A DNA stretch of 63,968 bases, filler included, from an uncultured Rhodopirellula sp. (GTDB lineage: Bacteria; Planctomycetota; Planctomycetia; Pirellulales; Pirellulaceae): the NCBI GenBank assembly GCA_964007735.1. It is 3 parts of 3 records of this genome, joined end to end, with 100 filler letters (N's around TTAATTAATTAA, not from the genome) between each part and the next. Parts side by side here need not be neighbours in the genome. Positions count along the whole stretch, not along the records: positions 30,780 to 60,629 come from CAXGAI010000051.1; 2 more parts are not named here. One strand, given 5' to 3'. The notes under the pieces are model-generated. The model was not told where the DNA came from. It made no database searches and worked only from the letters and a program-made list of their open reading frames with translations. Both the position numbers and the translations under genes were made by a program. Positions 31,489-42,643 of this stretch are shown in pieces (positions within the stretch are counted from its first letter, which is position 1; each line of letters begins with the position of its first letter).

Positions 31489-33350
31489 TAGTAGACAATA
31501 TGAAGAACAGGAGAAGAGTGGCCTGCGTGTGGATAGATGCAGGTCGGGCAGGGAAGCTCGTCAGGGATGAACGATATACAGGAAGTGGAGTGAAGGATTC
31601 AGACAAGGATGTTAGCACCAATGGTGAGTTCGTTCAGCGACAGGCGTGGCAAGAGCAGGATGCCTTGCATCGCCTTGCTCGCTGGGCAAACCGGTTTTCA
31701 CCATTGGTTGGGATAGTTGGATCCAGTAAGGGGGGGGCGTCGGATGGTGTCCAGTGGAAACAGGAACTGCAAAGAAAGCTAAGGAAGCAAAAAGGTAAAC
31801 ATCAAAGAAAATGTTATGCACATCCGGTCGATGCGCGACTCGATGCATGGAAGACAGAAGTCATCTGGATTGATATTACGGATGTTCGCCGCTTTTTCGG
31901 TTCGGAAGAAAAACTAGCCCTGCGAATTTATCAGGAGTTTCGGGAAGAGCTTAAGAAAAACTACCGCCGGGTGGATTTGGAATGGAAAGATGGAACGGTA
32001 GCTTTTCACCAGCGAGGTCGAAATCCCAGGACGGTTAAGGCGACGGCTGGTAGACAAGAGAAAGGTCAAGGGCTGGTTGTAAGGGTGGCTGTTGCTGGGA
32101 CGGTTGGTGCCAGTTGGGCAGCTTGCCTAACTCTGCGAGAAGGTGTTCGACTGTTACCTTCTCACAGAGCGTCCGTGTGGGAAGTCCTGAGGCAGTTACC
32201 GGTTGGCTGCCTCAGACTTTCCGATGAAACGCTTGATTTGCTCCACCGACTCGGAATCCATAGTCTGGAACAATTGCTAGATTTGCCTCGAGATGCGGTT
32301 GTTCAACGCTTGGGGGAGCGAGTGGCACACCGCTGTGACCAGTTACTGGAAGACGTAGATGAACCATTGCAAATTTTGCATCCACAACAACGTTATGTTG
32401 CCAGCCAATTGTTGCCCGGTCGTATCGGTGGTCCGGACGTAATATGCAAAGTGTTCGAACAGTTAACTCAGCCTTTACTGAAGCAGCTCGAGAAGGAATC
32501 TCGAGGCGTGTTACAGGTTACCTGTACTGTGGAGGTGTCACGTTATGGACAACGAATTTATAGTGAATTCGAAGATGCACGACAGGATACAGAAATCCTG
32601 ACGCTTGGCCTGTATCGACCAACCACGGATTTGAAACATTTATCAGAATTGTTTCATCTGCAATGGGATCGCTTAGGACGAGTAGATGAAGTTTATAGTT
32701 GTCGAGTCGAATTTACCCAGACAGCGACGATGCAGCAAAAGCAGCTTTCTTTGTTTGATCGCCAATCGAACGCTCAAAAAAAGTATCGTTGGCAGTCAAC
32801 AGCGAATTCTTTTGATCGTATCCCCCCGGCAAAATTAGTGAGACTGATCGATAGGCTTTCCAGTCGCTTGGGGAAGAAACGGGTGCTACGAGCCACCCTA
32901 AAGCCACAAGCTTTACCTGAATATGGATTTCAGTTGGAGCCAATCGCCAATTTGAATGTTCAGCGTTGGTGTCGACAAATACTGGTTCCTCAAAAGAACT
33001 CTCCTTCTAAATCAGGCAATGTGTTTCCACGCTCAACTCGTACTCGTAAAACCGGCTGGTTGCTAAAACAATGCAAGCCGGTTGATAGTCTGCCGATTTG
33101 GTATTGGAAGGAGCCTTTCGAGATTCAGTGCCAAATCTGTCGGAAGGAAAACCGGCCTCTTAAAATGCTGCACAAAGGGCATTGGCGACAAATTACTCGT
33201 TATTGGGGACCCGAACGGATTGAAAGTGGATGGTGGCGTGGGAGAGCAATACGTCGTGATTATTATCGCGTGGAGCTCGAGACAGGACTTCGCTTTTGGT
33301 TGTATCGAGGCCTCCCGGGTGAACATTGGTTCTTGCAGGGGAATTTCTAA
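31485..33350 (+). CDS. imuB: ImuB, catalytically inactive Y-family polymerase homologue
   Basis: 'RFSPLV', 'LPVGCLRL...L.RLGI..L.QL..LPR', 'QLSLF' clamp-binding motif, 'LIDRLSSRLG', C-terminal 'GPERIESGWW...RDYY'. Confidence 0.85.
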   Translation: MIVDNMKNRRRVACVWIDAGRAGKLVRDERYTGSGVKDSDKDVSTNGEFVQRQAWQEQDALHRLARWANRFSPLVGIVGSSKGGASDGVQWKQELQRKLRKQKGKHQRKCYAHPVDARLDAWKTEVIWIDITDVRRFFGSEEKLALRIYQEFREELKKNYRRVDLEWKDGTVAFHQRGRNPRTVKATAGRQEKGQGLVVRVAVAGTVGASWAACLTLREGVRLLPSHRASVWEVLRQLPVGCLRLSDETLDLLHRLGIHSLEQLLDLPRDAVVQRLGERVAHRCDQLLEDVDEPLQILHPQQRYVASQLLPGRIGGPDVICKVFEQLTQPLLKQLEKESRGVLQVTCTVEVSRYGQRIYSEFEDARQDTEILTLGLYRPTTDLKHLSELFHLQWDRLGRVDEVYSCRVEFTQTATMQQKQLSLFDRQSNAQKKYRWQSTANSFDRIPPAKLVRLIDRLSSRLGKKRVLRATLKPQALPEYGFQLEPIANLNVQRWCRQILVPQKNSPSKSGNVFPRSTRTRKTGWLLKQCKPVDSLPIWYWKEPFEIQCQICRKENRPLKMLHKGHWRQITRYWGPERIESGWWRGRAIRRDYYRVELETGLRFWLYRGLPGEHWFLQGNF

Positions 33351-33358
33351 ACAGGACG

Positions 33359-36300
33359 ATGCAATATGCCGAACTACACTGCAAATCTAATTTCTCTTTC
33401 TTGCAGGGAGCCTCACATGCTGGTGAGTTAGTTGAAAGGGCAAAGCGATTAGGGTATCGGGCCATCGCCATCACCGATCGTAATACGCTAGCAGGAATTG
33501 TGCGCGCCCATGGAGTAGCGAAAGATGAACAGCTTAAATTTATCGTTGCCGCTGAACTTACGTTTGTAGACGCTCCGGCTTGCGTTGTTTGGGTGCCGAA
33601 CCGAAAAGCTTATGGGCAACTGTGTAAACTTCTCACGCTTGGACGGCGCCGGGCCGGCAAAGGAGAGTGCTTACTGTACTTTGATGATCTCAGGGAATTT
33701 GGTGAGGATTGGATTGTCGGTGTGATTCCCGATTGGAATCCACAGGCAGAGAATCTGATGTCGGATCATCTGCGTTTGCATGAAGAAGCAGAGTTGATTA
33801 AGACTGCGCAACTTTTAGCCTACCGTGAAGTCTTTGTTGAAGACTGTTATTTACTTGCCGAATTACATCGTGGGGTGGCAGATCAGCAACGGCTGCTTAG
33901 GTTAAGGCGGTTGAGTGAAGATGCGAACGTTCCATTGTTGGCCGCGGGAGATGTGTATTACCATGATCCGTCAAGAGCTCGTTTGCAGGATACCCTCACG
34001 GCGATTGCACATCACTGTAGCGTATGCCAAATCGGAGATTGGCAATTCCCCAATGCCCAAAGATTCTTACGCCCACTGTCTGAACTCGCCGATTTGTTCG
34101 CGGAAATCCCTCTTGCCGTGCAGAGGACGATGGAAATTGCTGAGCGATGTTGTTTCTCGCTGGACCAATTGAAGTATGAGTATCCAGAAGAGTTGACACC
34201 CAAAAGGATAACACCAATTCAGCATCTTGTTCAGTTGGCGTGGAAAGGAGCTCATCAAAGATATCCATCAGGCCTTCCCCAGAAAGTAGTTCGGCTACTG
34301 AAGCACGAATTAGAAATGATCGAGGAATTGAGTTACGAAGCTTACTTCTTGACGGTTTGGGACTTGGTTAGGTTCGCTCGTAGTCAGGGTATTTTATGTC
34401 AGGGACGCGGGTCCGCGGCCAATTCGGTTGTTTGCTTTTGCCTGGGGGTGACGTCGGTTGATCCGGAAACCACAGAGTTGCTATTTGAGCGGTTTATCAG
34501 TCGAGAACGTAATGAAGCTCCTGATATCGATGTTGATTTTGAACATGAGCGTCGTGAAGAGGTGTTGCAGTATTTGTATGACAAGTATGGTCGTGACCGG
34601 GCCGGTATGACGGGGGTAGTGACGTGTTACCGAATGCGGTCCGCTGTAAGAGATGTGGGGAAAGCTTTAGGGTTGGATCCTGAGTTGATTGACGAAATAT
34701 CTAAGAACCTTGATGGCAGGACTCGGAATGGAAACTTAGATATCCGAATTCGTGAGGTTGGTCTTGATCCGGAAGTCACATTAGGGCGACGCTTTCGCGA
34801 ATTAGTAGAAGAACTCATTGGTTTCCCTCGCCATCTGTCGCAGCATGTTGGCGGTATGGTGATGACCCGTGGTTTGCTAAGTGAGTTCGTTCCGATTGAA
34901 AATGCAAGGATGGAAGGGAGGACGGTAATTCAATGGAATAAAGATGATCTCGATGAGCTAGGGATTCTCAAAGTAGATTGTCTTTCTCTGGGAATGCTTA
35001 GTGCCATCCGCAAGTGTTTTGAAATGCTGGAACATCACGAAGGTAAAAAGCTATCCCTGGCTACGATCCCTCAGGATGATCCGTTGGTTTATGACATGAT
35101 TTGTGAAGCGGATACAGTGGGAGTGTTCCAAATCGAAAGTCGAGCTCAGATGAGCATGCTGCCACGGCTACGACCTCGTTGTTTCTATGATTTGGTGATT
35201 GAAGTTGCGATTGTGCGGCCGGGGCCTATTCAGGGAGATATGGTACATCCGTATCTGAAGCGTCGGGCCGGTTTGCAACAGGCGACGTATCCCAATCAGG
35301 CGATTCGGAAAGTTCTGGATCGAACCTTAGGTGTGCCCTTGTTTCAAGAGCAGGCAATGCGTTTAGCCGTGGTGGCTGCAGGGTTTACACCGGGGGAAGC
35401 GGATCAACTACGGCGTGCTATGGGAGCATGGAGACGTCCGGGAGTGATTGAGGAGTTTAATCGTAAGCTTACTGATGGAATGTTGGCTAACGGTCTGACA
35501 CGAGAATTTGCGGAGCAGGTATTCAATCAGATCCGTGGTTTTGGTGAATACGGATTCCCAGAGTCACATGCTGCTAGTTTCGCATTGTTGGTGTATGTGT
35601 CAGCCTGGCTGAAGTGTTATCACCCGGCAATCTTTGCCGCCAGTGTTATCAATAGCCAACCCATGGGATTTTACTCCGTTAGTGACCTAGTTAAAGATGC
35701 TCAGAAGCATGGCGTGGAAGTTCGTCCGGTCGATATTAATTACAGTGACTGGGATTGCTCATTGGAATATGACAATGAGCAAAAGCCCGCTTTGAGGCTA
35801 GGAATGCGGATCGTCAGAGGGCTTTCACTTGAAGCAGTCCAGCGATTATTACGGGAGCGTCAACAGCAGGGATGTTACGATTCGGTGGAACAGTTGCGAC
35901 GACGATCGGGAGTTAGTAAACGGGTGATTATGCAGTTGGCTGATGCCGATGCCTTTAGTAGTTTTGATCGAAATCGTCGTTCTGCATTGTGGGAAGCACT
36001 GGCTCAGGAACGCAAAGAAGTGAAGCAACCGTTGTTCGATTTGCTCGCCTCAACGGATGACCAGAATCCGGATTTGCCAGTAATGCAGCCGTCGGAGCAG
36101 GTCGAGATGGACTATCGTACGGCAGGTCTTTCATTGAAAGGGCAGCCAATCATGTTTTGGCGTAATAGACTGAACGAACAGCGTGTGTTGCGTTCAGATC
36201 AGTTGGAGGGTTGCCCAGATAATCGTTATGTGAAAGTCGCTGGCTTAGTGTTGCTGCGTCAACGTCCCTCGACGGCTAAAGGTATTACTTTTGTTACCTT

Positions 36301-36505
36301 GGAAGATGAGGTGGGCACAATGAATCTTGTACTACGGCAGCATATCTGGGAGAGATATTATAGTATTGCCAGAAGGAGCAATGCCTGGCTGGTTCATGGA
36401 ACATTGGAGAATAGGAATCGCGTTCAACATGTTGTGGTTCACCGTCTCGAAGATCTCTCATCTCATTTCGGAAATCTGGAACCTAAATCCCGGGACTTTC
36501 GTTGA
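33359..36505 (+). CDS. dnaE2: Error-prone DNA polymerase III alpha subunit DnaE2 (ImuC)
   Basis: 'YAELHCKSNFSFLQGAS' PHP start, 'GRGSAANS', 'PDIDVDF', 'YGFPESHA', C-terminal 'SRDFR' DnaE2 signature. Start set at ATG 33359 (AGGA upstream) rather than 33326. Confidence 0.95.
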   Translation: MQYAELHCKSNFSFLQGASHAGELVERAKRLGYRAIAITDRNTLAGIVRAHGVAKDEQLKFIVAAELTFVDAPACVVWVPNRKAYGQLCKLLTLGRRRAGKGECLLYFDDLREFGEDWIVGVIPDWNPQAENLMSDHLRLHEEAELIKTAQLLAYREVFVEDCYLLAELHRGVADQQRLLRLRRLSEDANVPLLAAGDVYYHDPSRARLQDTLTAIAHHCSVCQIGDWQFPNAQRFLRPLSELADLFAEIPLAVQRTMEIAERCCFSLDQLKYEYPEELTPKRITPIQHLVQLAWKGAHQRYPSGLPQKVVRLLKHELEMIEELSYEAYFLTVWDLVRFARSQGILCQGRGSAANSVVCFCLGVTSVDPETTELLFERFISRERNEAPDIDVDFEHERREEVLQYLYDKYGRDRAGMTGVVTCYRMRSAVRDVGKALGLDPELIDEISKNLDGRTRNGNLDIRIREVGLDPEVTLGRRFRELVEELIGFPRHLSQHVGGMVMTRGLLSEFVPIENARMEGRTVIQWNKDDLDELGILKVDCLSLGMLSAIRKCFEMLEHHEGKKLSLATIPQDDPLVYDMICEADTVGVFQIESRAQMSMLPRLRPRCFYDLVIEVAIVRPGPIQGDMVHPYLKRRAGLQQATYPNQAIRKVLDRTLGVPLFQEQAMRLAVVAAGFTPGEADQLRRAMGAWRRPGVIEEFNRKLTDGMLANGLTREFAEQVFNQIRGFGEYGFPESHAASFALLVYVSAWLKCYHPAIFAASVINSQPMGFYSVSDLVKDAQKHGVEVRPVDINYSDWDCSLEYDNEQKPALRLGMRIVRGLSLEAVQRLLRERQQQGCYDSVEQLRRRSGVSKRVIMQLADADAFSSFDRNRRSALWEALAQERKEVKQPLFDLLASTDDQNPDLPVMQPSEQVEMDYRTAGLSLKGQPIMFWRNRLNEQRVLRSDQLEGCPDNRYVKVAGLVLLRQRPSTAKGITFVTLEDEVGTMNLVLRQHIWERYYSIARRSNAWLVHGTLENRNRVQHVVVHRLEDLSSHFGNLEPKSRDFR

Positions 36506-36532
36506 AACATCGAAAACCCTAGCAGAGCAGAT

Positions 36533-38323
36533 TTACTCGCTCAGTTGATCTCTAAGTTCCATCACTTCACGCAATACCTTCGATAAATCGTTCTCCTGTT
36601 TGTGAATTTCATATAAAGCATTCAGCGATTTGACGGCTGTTTGTTTGTCTTTTTCCGCAATCGAACGATAGACGCTCATTAATGACCGAATTTCCAGTTC
36701 AGTCTTGGCCAGTGTGTTTGCGTGTTCTTTCAGCAGTTCTTTTTGCTTTCTTTCGAGCCGCTCAATTTTATTGCGAGCGATTGTAAGGCAGTCGGTCACC
36801 ATTTGTTCTTTTTCGCCGGCGTCATAGATGGTGACATAGTGCTTTAACTGAGTGATGGTTTCTTCGGAGGAAAGGTTTTCATTGTTCAGGATTTTCCAGA
36901 GTGTAAGTTTTGCAACGGGTAATTGCTTAAGAGTGCCTTCCAGAGATTTTAGAAATTGCTGCTCAGCCCGCTCGTCTTTGAGTGTGATGTAATGATCTTT
37001 GACTGAACCGAACTGTGGGTGCTCAGGGAACCGGTCGAGAAATTCTTCCATTTCCTGACTGGCTTGTCCCCAGTCAGACCCAGGCGTTAATTTGGCATCT
37101 TCAATGACGCCAAGTAATTCTTCTGCTTTACGGGGATGGTTATACCAGTTGGTGAATGCCAGAAGCCCGCCGATTCCGATTACGAACAAAGAAACCACGA
37201 TTAGGCTGGCAAGTACACCTGAGGGTGAATCGTTATTTGAGGCGGAAAGATCCCGTTCAATCTTAGTGTATTGGGGTAGTTCAGACGCGTCCTCGGGACT
37301 TTGTTGTTTTTGGAAATCAGGAGCTTTTTCGGTTGCCGAATCCTGGTTAGAATCTTCGATTTTTGAAAAGTATTCCCCGTCGACCGTGACATTTGCGTTG
37401 TCCTGCTGTTCTGTGGGAATGTATTCCATCGTTGCCCCATCCACGACGTCCTCATTACTGTCATGGACACCGACGGTGGAGCTTGCCGGCTTGATGGGCA
37501 TACTGCCTTCCAAAGCATGCTGCATTGCCTGAAGCCGATGCGCAACCGCTAGAGGCGTAGGGATTCGATTATCCGGGTTTTTGCTCAGTAGTTGTCGGAC
37601 GATATAATCGAGTTCCATCGGCACGTCAGGGACCAATTCCGTAATTGGTTGTGGATGGTCGTACTTTAATTTGTGAATGATCTGCGCAACCGATGCTGAG
37701 GCAAATGGCGGATGTCCCGTAAGCAGAGCGTACATAACTGAGCCGAGAGAATAGAGGTCGCTTTTGAGTGTGGGACGCGCGCCTTCAGCCTGTTCCGGAG
37801 CCATATAATCAGCAGTTCCGACGACGGCTTGATCCGCAGTCAATTGAGTTGCTCCGAAAAGCCTTGCGATACCAAAGTCAACAAGCTTCACCTGATCATT
37901 TTCGGTCAGGAATAAATTAGATGGCTTTAAGTCTCGATGAATCACACCGCGGTCATGTGCATGCTTAAGCGCATGGCATACGTCGATGGTAATGCGAATG
38001 ACTTCCCGCCAAGAGATTGTCCCGGACTCTTTAAGAATCTGGAAGAGGGTTCGTCCTTTGACTAACTCCATTGCATAGAAAAGGATACCATCTTCCTGTC
38101 CATATCCGATGATTTGCACGATGCCGATATGCTGTAACTGCTGTAGCGTCTCAATTTCCTGATGGAATCGGTCCCGGAAATTACGATCGTCTGCAAAAAC
38201 ATTCAACAGAGTTTTTAAAGCGACTTGTTCCCCGGTTTCTTTGTGTCGGGCTGAATAGACGAATCCCATACCTCCCTTGCCGATTTGTTCGTCGATCAGG
38301 TATGGGCCGAGTTGTTCCAGCAT
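36533..38323 (-). CDS. Membrane Hanks-type Ser/Thr protein kinase
   Basis: 'IGKGGMG', 'VALK', 'HRDLKPSN', 'DFG', 'YMAPE'; one TM; helical C-terminal domain. Confidence 0.95.
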   Translation of the reverse strand: MLEQLGPYLIDEQIGKGGMGFVYSARHKETGEQVALKTLLNVFADDRNFRDRFHQEIETLQQLQHIGIVQIIGYGQEDGILFYAMELVKGRTLFQILKESGTISWREVIRITIDVCHALKHAHDRGVIHRDLKPSNLFLTENDQVKLVDFGIARLFGATQLTADQAVVGTADYMAPEQAEGARPTLKSDLYSLGSVMYALLTGHPPFASASVAQIIHKLKYDHPQPITELVPDVPMELDYIVRQLLSKNPDNRIPTPLAVAHRLQAMQHALEGSMPIKPASSTVGVHDSNEDVVDGATMEYIPTEQQDNANVTVDGEYFSKIEDSNQDSATEKAPDFQKQQSPEDASELPQYTKIERDLSASNNDSPSGVLASLIVVSLFVIGIGGLLAFTNWYNHPRKAEELLGVIEDAKLTPGSDWGQASQEMEEFLDRFPEHPQFGSVKDHYITLKDERAEQQFLKSLEGTLKQLPVAKLTLWKILNNENLSSEETITQLKHYVTIYDAGEKEQMVTDCLTIARNKIERLERKQKELLKEHANTLAKTELEIRSLMSVYRSIAEKDKQTAVKSLNALYEIHKQENDLSKVLREVMELRDQLSE

Positions 38324-38350
38324 GCAGTGGTTTCTTCTTAAACAGGTAAG

Positions 38351-39745
38351 TTACATCGGCGCTACGCGTTTGGATCCGACGTCTGTCGTTAGCATCACGT
38401 GGGCATCAAAGCTGCGGTAAATCAACTCTGCTTTTATTTCAGCATAATCAGGGTTATCCCAAAGATTGTTAAATTCCCAGGGATCTTCTTCTAAATCATA
38501 GAGTTCGCCGATGTTGTGTCCATGATAAACAGAGAGTTTGTATTGGCGATTCCGATACATCGTTGCAAACGCTCCGCTACCATCGGTGAAGAAGGGGTCT
38601 AGTGCATCAAAGTACTCGCTGCGAACGAATTCTCGATGCTGATCGATGGCAGACGCCTCTGTTAATAATGGCAGCAAGGATTTGCCTTGCATGTATTCAG
38701 GTTGTTCGAGTCCGGCCAGCTCTACGATGGTTGATGTTAGATCGAGTAGTTCCACGAGAGCATGTCGTTGGACGTTATTTAAGAAATGTCCCGGCCAAGA
38801 GAGGATCAGGGGGATTCGAACAAGTCCCTCATAGAAGCGACATCCTTTTTGCAGTAGTCCGTGGTCTCCCAGCGATTCACCGTGGTCACTGGTGAAAATA
38901 ATTACAGTGTTTTCAAGTTGCTCCGTTGCTTCAAGATGCTCGACAACGCGTTGGAATTGATCGTCGATTTGCTTGATCATCGCATAGTAAAATGCCTGCA
39001 TTCGTTTGGCGTCATGACCTTCCGGAGGTAACGCTTCGCCCTGAAAGTCAATTCCAGCCAGCTTCTTCTGATTTTCCAAATCCTCTTCGCGGTAGTACGG
39101 CCCGGGCATGTCTTCAGCGACAAACATGTCGGCGTAAAATTTCGGAGGAATGAATGGTGGATGCGGGTCGTAAATATTGACACATAATAGCCAGGGCTCA
39201 GGACTTTTTGCATCGATAAATTCTAGGGCACATTCTGTTGCCCAGGTGGTTTGGTGATATTCTGGTGGCACTCGTTCTGGGCTATCGCGCATGGAATCAA
39301 GATTTCCCCCCTGTTCACGTACCCAGTCGGCGTAGTGATGTCCTTCTTCCCAGTCATCACGCGGGGCATGGCTGAATTGCCAATAAGTCATGCCATCATC
39401 CAGTCTAGGTTCAGTACGGTGTCCCGAACTGGTTAGATGAAACTTTCCAATGTTGCCGCAACGGTACCCCGCATCTGCAATTAGTTTTGTAATCAACGGC
39501 GGGGCGTCGGGAAACGTATCATTCCCGTTGCGAGTGTTGTGGAGGCGGGCAGGGTAAAGGCCGGTTAAGAAACTTGAACGACTCGGCGTGCAAATGGGAG
39601 ATTGGCAATAGGCGTGCGTAAAGGCGACGCCTGATTCTACAAGTTTGTCGATGTTTGGAGTGTCCACATAAGGGTTTCCCAAAGCTTTGATAGTGTCAAA
39701 ACGTTGTTGATCAGTGCAGTACCAGAGAATGTTAGGGCGACTCAT
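38351..39745 (-). CDS. Formylglycine-dependent sulfatase (cytoplasmic, no leader)
   Basis: 'DQQRFD', 'CTPSR' (CxPxR), 'GKFH', 'PHPP', 'SDHG'. Confidence 0.93.
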   Translation of the reverse strand: MSRPNILWYCTDQQRFDTIKALGNPYVDTPNIDKLVESGVAFTHAYCQSPICTPSRSSFLTGLYPARLHNTRNGNDTFPDAPPLITKLIADAGYRCGNIGKFHLTSSGHRTEPRLDDGMTYWQFSHAPRDDWEEGHHYADWVREQGGNLDSMRDSPERVPPEYHQTTWATECALEFIDAKSPEPWLLCVNIYDPHPPFIPPKFYADMFVAEDMPGPYYREEDLENQKKLAGIDFQGEALPPEGHDAKRMQAFYYAMIKQIDDQFQRVVEHLEATEQLENTVIIFTSDHGESLGDHGLLQKGCRFYEGLVRIPLILSWPGHFLNNVQRHALVELLDLTSTIVELAGLEQPEYMQGKSLLPLLTEASAIDQHREFVRSEYFDALDPFFTDGSGAFATMYRNRQYKLSVYHGHNIGELYDLEEDPWEFNNLWDNPDYAEIKAELIYRSFDAHVMLTTDVGSKRVAPM

Positions 39746-39751
39746 CGATGC

Positions 39752-40555
39752 TTACTCTTCACTTAGTGCGTTTTTGATAACTTCGTTGTCGAAGTAATTA
39801 ATCTTCATTCCGGCATCGACCACAACTGTTTGAGCACAAATGCCTGAAGATCTGGGGCTGAGTAGGAAGGCGGCAACGTTGGCGGCCTCTTGTGTTTCCA
39901 ACGCCTGTTTTCGAGGAATAACCTTTTCGGCAAATAGATACGAATCTACGTATCCTGGAATACCGGCGGAAGCACTTGTCTTCAGCAGACTTGGGCCAAC
40001 AGCGTTGAAGCGGACTTTGGAAAAACTGCTGAAAGATTTAGTGAGAAACGCAAGAGAAGAGTCTAATGCAGCCTTTACAGGAGCCATGAATCCGTAATTT
40101 TCACTTGCCATCGTTGTTGTTGAAATTGAAATCGTAATGACGGACGCGTCTGCGGCCATAAGATCTTTGAGGGCATTGGCTATCGCAATAAAAGAATAGC
40201 AACTGATATCGACTGCTCGCAGAAATTGATTTTTACTTGTCTCATGGAATGGCTTGGGGCCTTCTTCATAATCCGCAAAGGCAATCGAATGCACGACCCC
40301 ATGAATTTGAGGATGTCTTTCCTTTAGTTGCACATGTAGTGCATCGATCTGTTCCGGGTGTTCAACATCACAAATATAAATTGGAAATTCACCAAGAAGC
40401 TGCTGGAGTTGCTCTTTACGTGTTTCACTTCGTACCACGTATATGGGTTTCGCCCCCGCTTCCGTAATGGTTTTTCCGATGTGGTAGGCAACGCTTTTTT
40501 TGTTGGCCACGCCAAAAATCACGATGGTCTTGTCGTCCAATTGTAAGAAACTCAT
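39752..40555 (-). CDS. fabI: Enoyl-ACP reductase, FabI-like
   Basis: 'GVANKKSVA', 'VHSIAFA', Y-x6-K 'YGFMAPVK'. Start at 40555 (AAGGG upstream); 40576 is also possible. Confidence 0.85.
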   Translation of the reverse strand: MSFLQLDDKTIVIFGVANKKSVAYHIGKTITEAGAKPIYVVRSETRKEQLQQLLGEFPIYICDVEHPEQIDALHVQLKERHPQIHGVVHSIAFADYEEGPKPFHETSKNQFLRAVDISCYSFIAIANALKDLMAADASVITISISTTTMASENYGFMAPVKAALDSSLAFLTKSFSSFSKVRFNAVGPSLLKTSASAGIPGYVDSYLFAEKVIPRKQALETQEAANVAAFLLSPRSSGICAQTVVVDAGMKINYFDNEVIKNALSEE

Positions 40556-40588
40556 GGCGTTACCCTTATGATTCACTCGTGAAGTTGG

Positions 40589-41032
40589 TTACTGAGCAGC
40601 TGCCAAAGTACAGGCAAAGTCAAACCGAGTGGCTAACTTTCCGTGGACCATGACTTTGGCTGCAAGGAAAAAGGCAGTGCTCACGCGATCGGTGAGAGTG
40701 ATCGTTAACTCAATCGTATCATCCGGTTTTACCATGTGCTTGAATTTGACATTGTTGATTCTTGTTGCAACAGGTACTTTGCCAGCCAAGTCATCGGTCA
40801 TGTCTTCGGCAATCTTCGTTGACAGTAAGCAGGCCCCGGCTTGCATAGCTGATTCACACAAGATGATACCCGGGACGATTGGTTGGTCAGGATAATGGCC
40901 CTGAAAAAAGAACTCGTCAGCATGAAATGTCTTTTGGCAGACGATGTTGTCGCTCGTTAGTGAAATGATTTCGTCGATCAAGAGCATCGGAGGACGGTGC
41001 GGTATCAGAGATTGAATCTGTTCGATTGACAT
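40589..41032 (-). CDS. fabZ: 3-hydroxyacyl-ACP dehydratase, FabZ-like
   Basis: 'LIPHRPPMLLID', 'FFQGHYP..PIVPG....ES..Q' His/Glu dyad. Confidence 0.9.
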   Translation of the reverse strand: MSIEQIQSLIPHRPPMLLIDEIISLTSDNIVCQKTFHADEFFFQGHYPDQPIVPGIILCESAMQAGACLLSTKIAEDMTDDLAGKVPVATRINNVKFKHMVKPDDTIELTITLTDRVSTAFFLAAKVMVHGKLATRFDFACTLAAAQ

Positions 41033-41099
41033 AGCTATTCTTCCGTTCTACGCTAGCCGTATAAGATGCTTCGCGAAGAGTATTTCTTTTATTTACTTG

Positions 41100-42518
41100 T
41101 CACTGCATTAGGAGTTGATCGACTTCGTTAGAAACGATGACACCATAGTTTATCGCTCCAAGCCAACCCGACATAATGATGCCGACACTTCCCGCATGAT
41201 AGAGTCCAGTGATCTGTGATGGTAAAGCCTGGCTCACCGGCAGCCCTTCAAATTTGGTACCAAAACTCGCTCCTTCATGATGGCGAGTGTAGTGGTAAAA
41301 CGTCCTGGGAGTTGCAGCTTCAGTATAAACCACCCTCTCTCTCGCGTTGGGAAGGTATTTCTCTAAGGCATCCAATGTGGTTTCAATCAGATCCTGTTTA
41401 CTTGCTTCATAGGCTTCATTGTCCAAATTTCCCCAATCCTCCCAGCGTGCATTTGTACTCGAGACAATTAAGTGTCTTTCTCGTTGATCATGAGGGCGAG
41501 TATCGGGGTAGTATACGGAGAATGTGCGACTTGTAATGTCACGGCTCAGGAGCCGATTAGTTTCAAAACGTTCTGCCGTCGAGGTAAATAGTAGATCACC
41601 GGTATCACGGTCTATATGATCCTCAGGGCCGAGTGCCATGTAGACCTGAGTACTTGAGTTGTTGACTCGAACCGCCTTGGCGTCTTCGAGATAATCTTTG
41701 TCGAATTGTTCTTCGCCCACCATTTTAAAAATGGTCGTCAATAGATTGGCATTTGACACCACGCTGCGGCACTGGATATCACGATCGTTTACCGTGACGC
41801 TTTTGACCTTACCGTGTTCGGTGTTGATTTTTTCAGCTGAGCAGTTGATGCGAATGTCGACCCCATTGGCTTCCAGTTCATCCTTCATCAGCCCAATCAT
41901 TAGATCAGTACCACCCTGAAAAGTATAAACACCTTTGGACATGAAGTTGCTAAAGACAATGCCGTAAGTGATGGCAGGGTCTTCTAGTGTTGATCCGTTG
42001 GCGTAGGTGATTGGCTCCATGAGAAGACGTGTGATATCGTTTCTTCCGGGAAAGAATCGTTCAAACAACTCTTTTGTCGTTAGGTTCTGATCGTCATAGA
42101 AATTCATTCCACGCGCCGTGTCAAAGAATTCTTTGATTGTGGCTTCTGCGACTCCAAACTTTGACTGTAGCAGGTCTGTGAAGCTTGCTCGATCATAGGT
42201 TGTCTTCAGCGTAAATTGCGGATTGTCAAAAAGGATGCCTCGCAATGGAACGATACGGTCAGCAATTTCCTGATTCCAGTAACGTCGACAACTCTTTAGC
42301 ATGCCGTAGGGGAAACCATGTAAGGAGATATCAAAAATGTGCCCCTTGGGACGCTTGAACCAGGTAGCCATACCGCCCAGTTTGTAGTGTTGTTCGAGCA
42401 ATAAAACGTCATATCCTGCACGTCCCAGAATATTTGCTGAGGTTAACCCTGCCAGTCCACTACCGATGACGATGACATCATATTTGTCTTTTACATCTTT
42501 TAAAAAATCGCGAGGCAT
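41100..42518 (-). CDS. Phytoene dehydrogenase/retinol saturase-like FAD oxidoreductase (copy B)
   Basis: '[10 protein letters not shown]', '[10 protein letters not shown]', 'ATPRTF..YT', 'GLYHAG'. Confidence 0.85.
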   Translation of the reverse strand: MPRDFLKDVKDKYDVIVIGSGLAGLTSANILGRAGYDVLLLEQHYKLGGMATWFKRPKGHIFDISLHGFPYGMLKSCRRYWNQEIADRIVPLRGILFDNPQFTLKTTYDRASFTDLLQSKFGVAEATIKEFFDTARGMNFYDDQNLTTKELFERFFPGRNDITRLLMEPITYANGSTLEDPAITYGIVFSNFMSKGVYTFQGGTDLMIGLMKDELEANGVDIRINCSAEKINTEHGKVKSVTVNDRDIQCRSVVSNANLLTTIFKMVGEEQFDKDYLEDAKAVRVNNSSTQVYMALGPEDHIDRDTGDLLFTSTAERFETNRLLSRDITSRTFSVYYPDTRPHDQRERHLIVSSTNARWEDWGNLDNEAYEASKQDLIETTLDALEKYLPNARERVVYTEAATPRTFYHYTRHHEGASFGTKFEGLPVSQALPSQITGLYHAGSVGIIMSGWLGAINYGVIVSNEVDQLLMQ

Positions 42519-42643
42519 ACAGGCACTTAGGAAGGCTTAAAACGACTAGGAATTTGCCGCTAAAAGGGCACACATTGGTTCAACGCGTATTTTAGCGTGG
42601 AATACTAATTACTGTTAGTATCCTACAACAACGAATAACGGAA

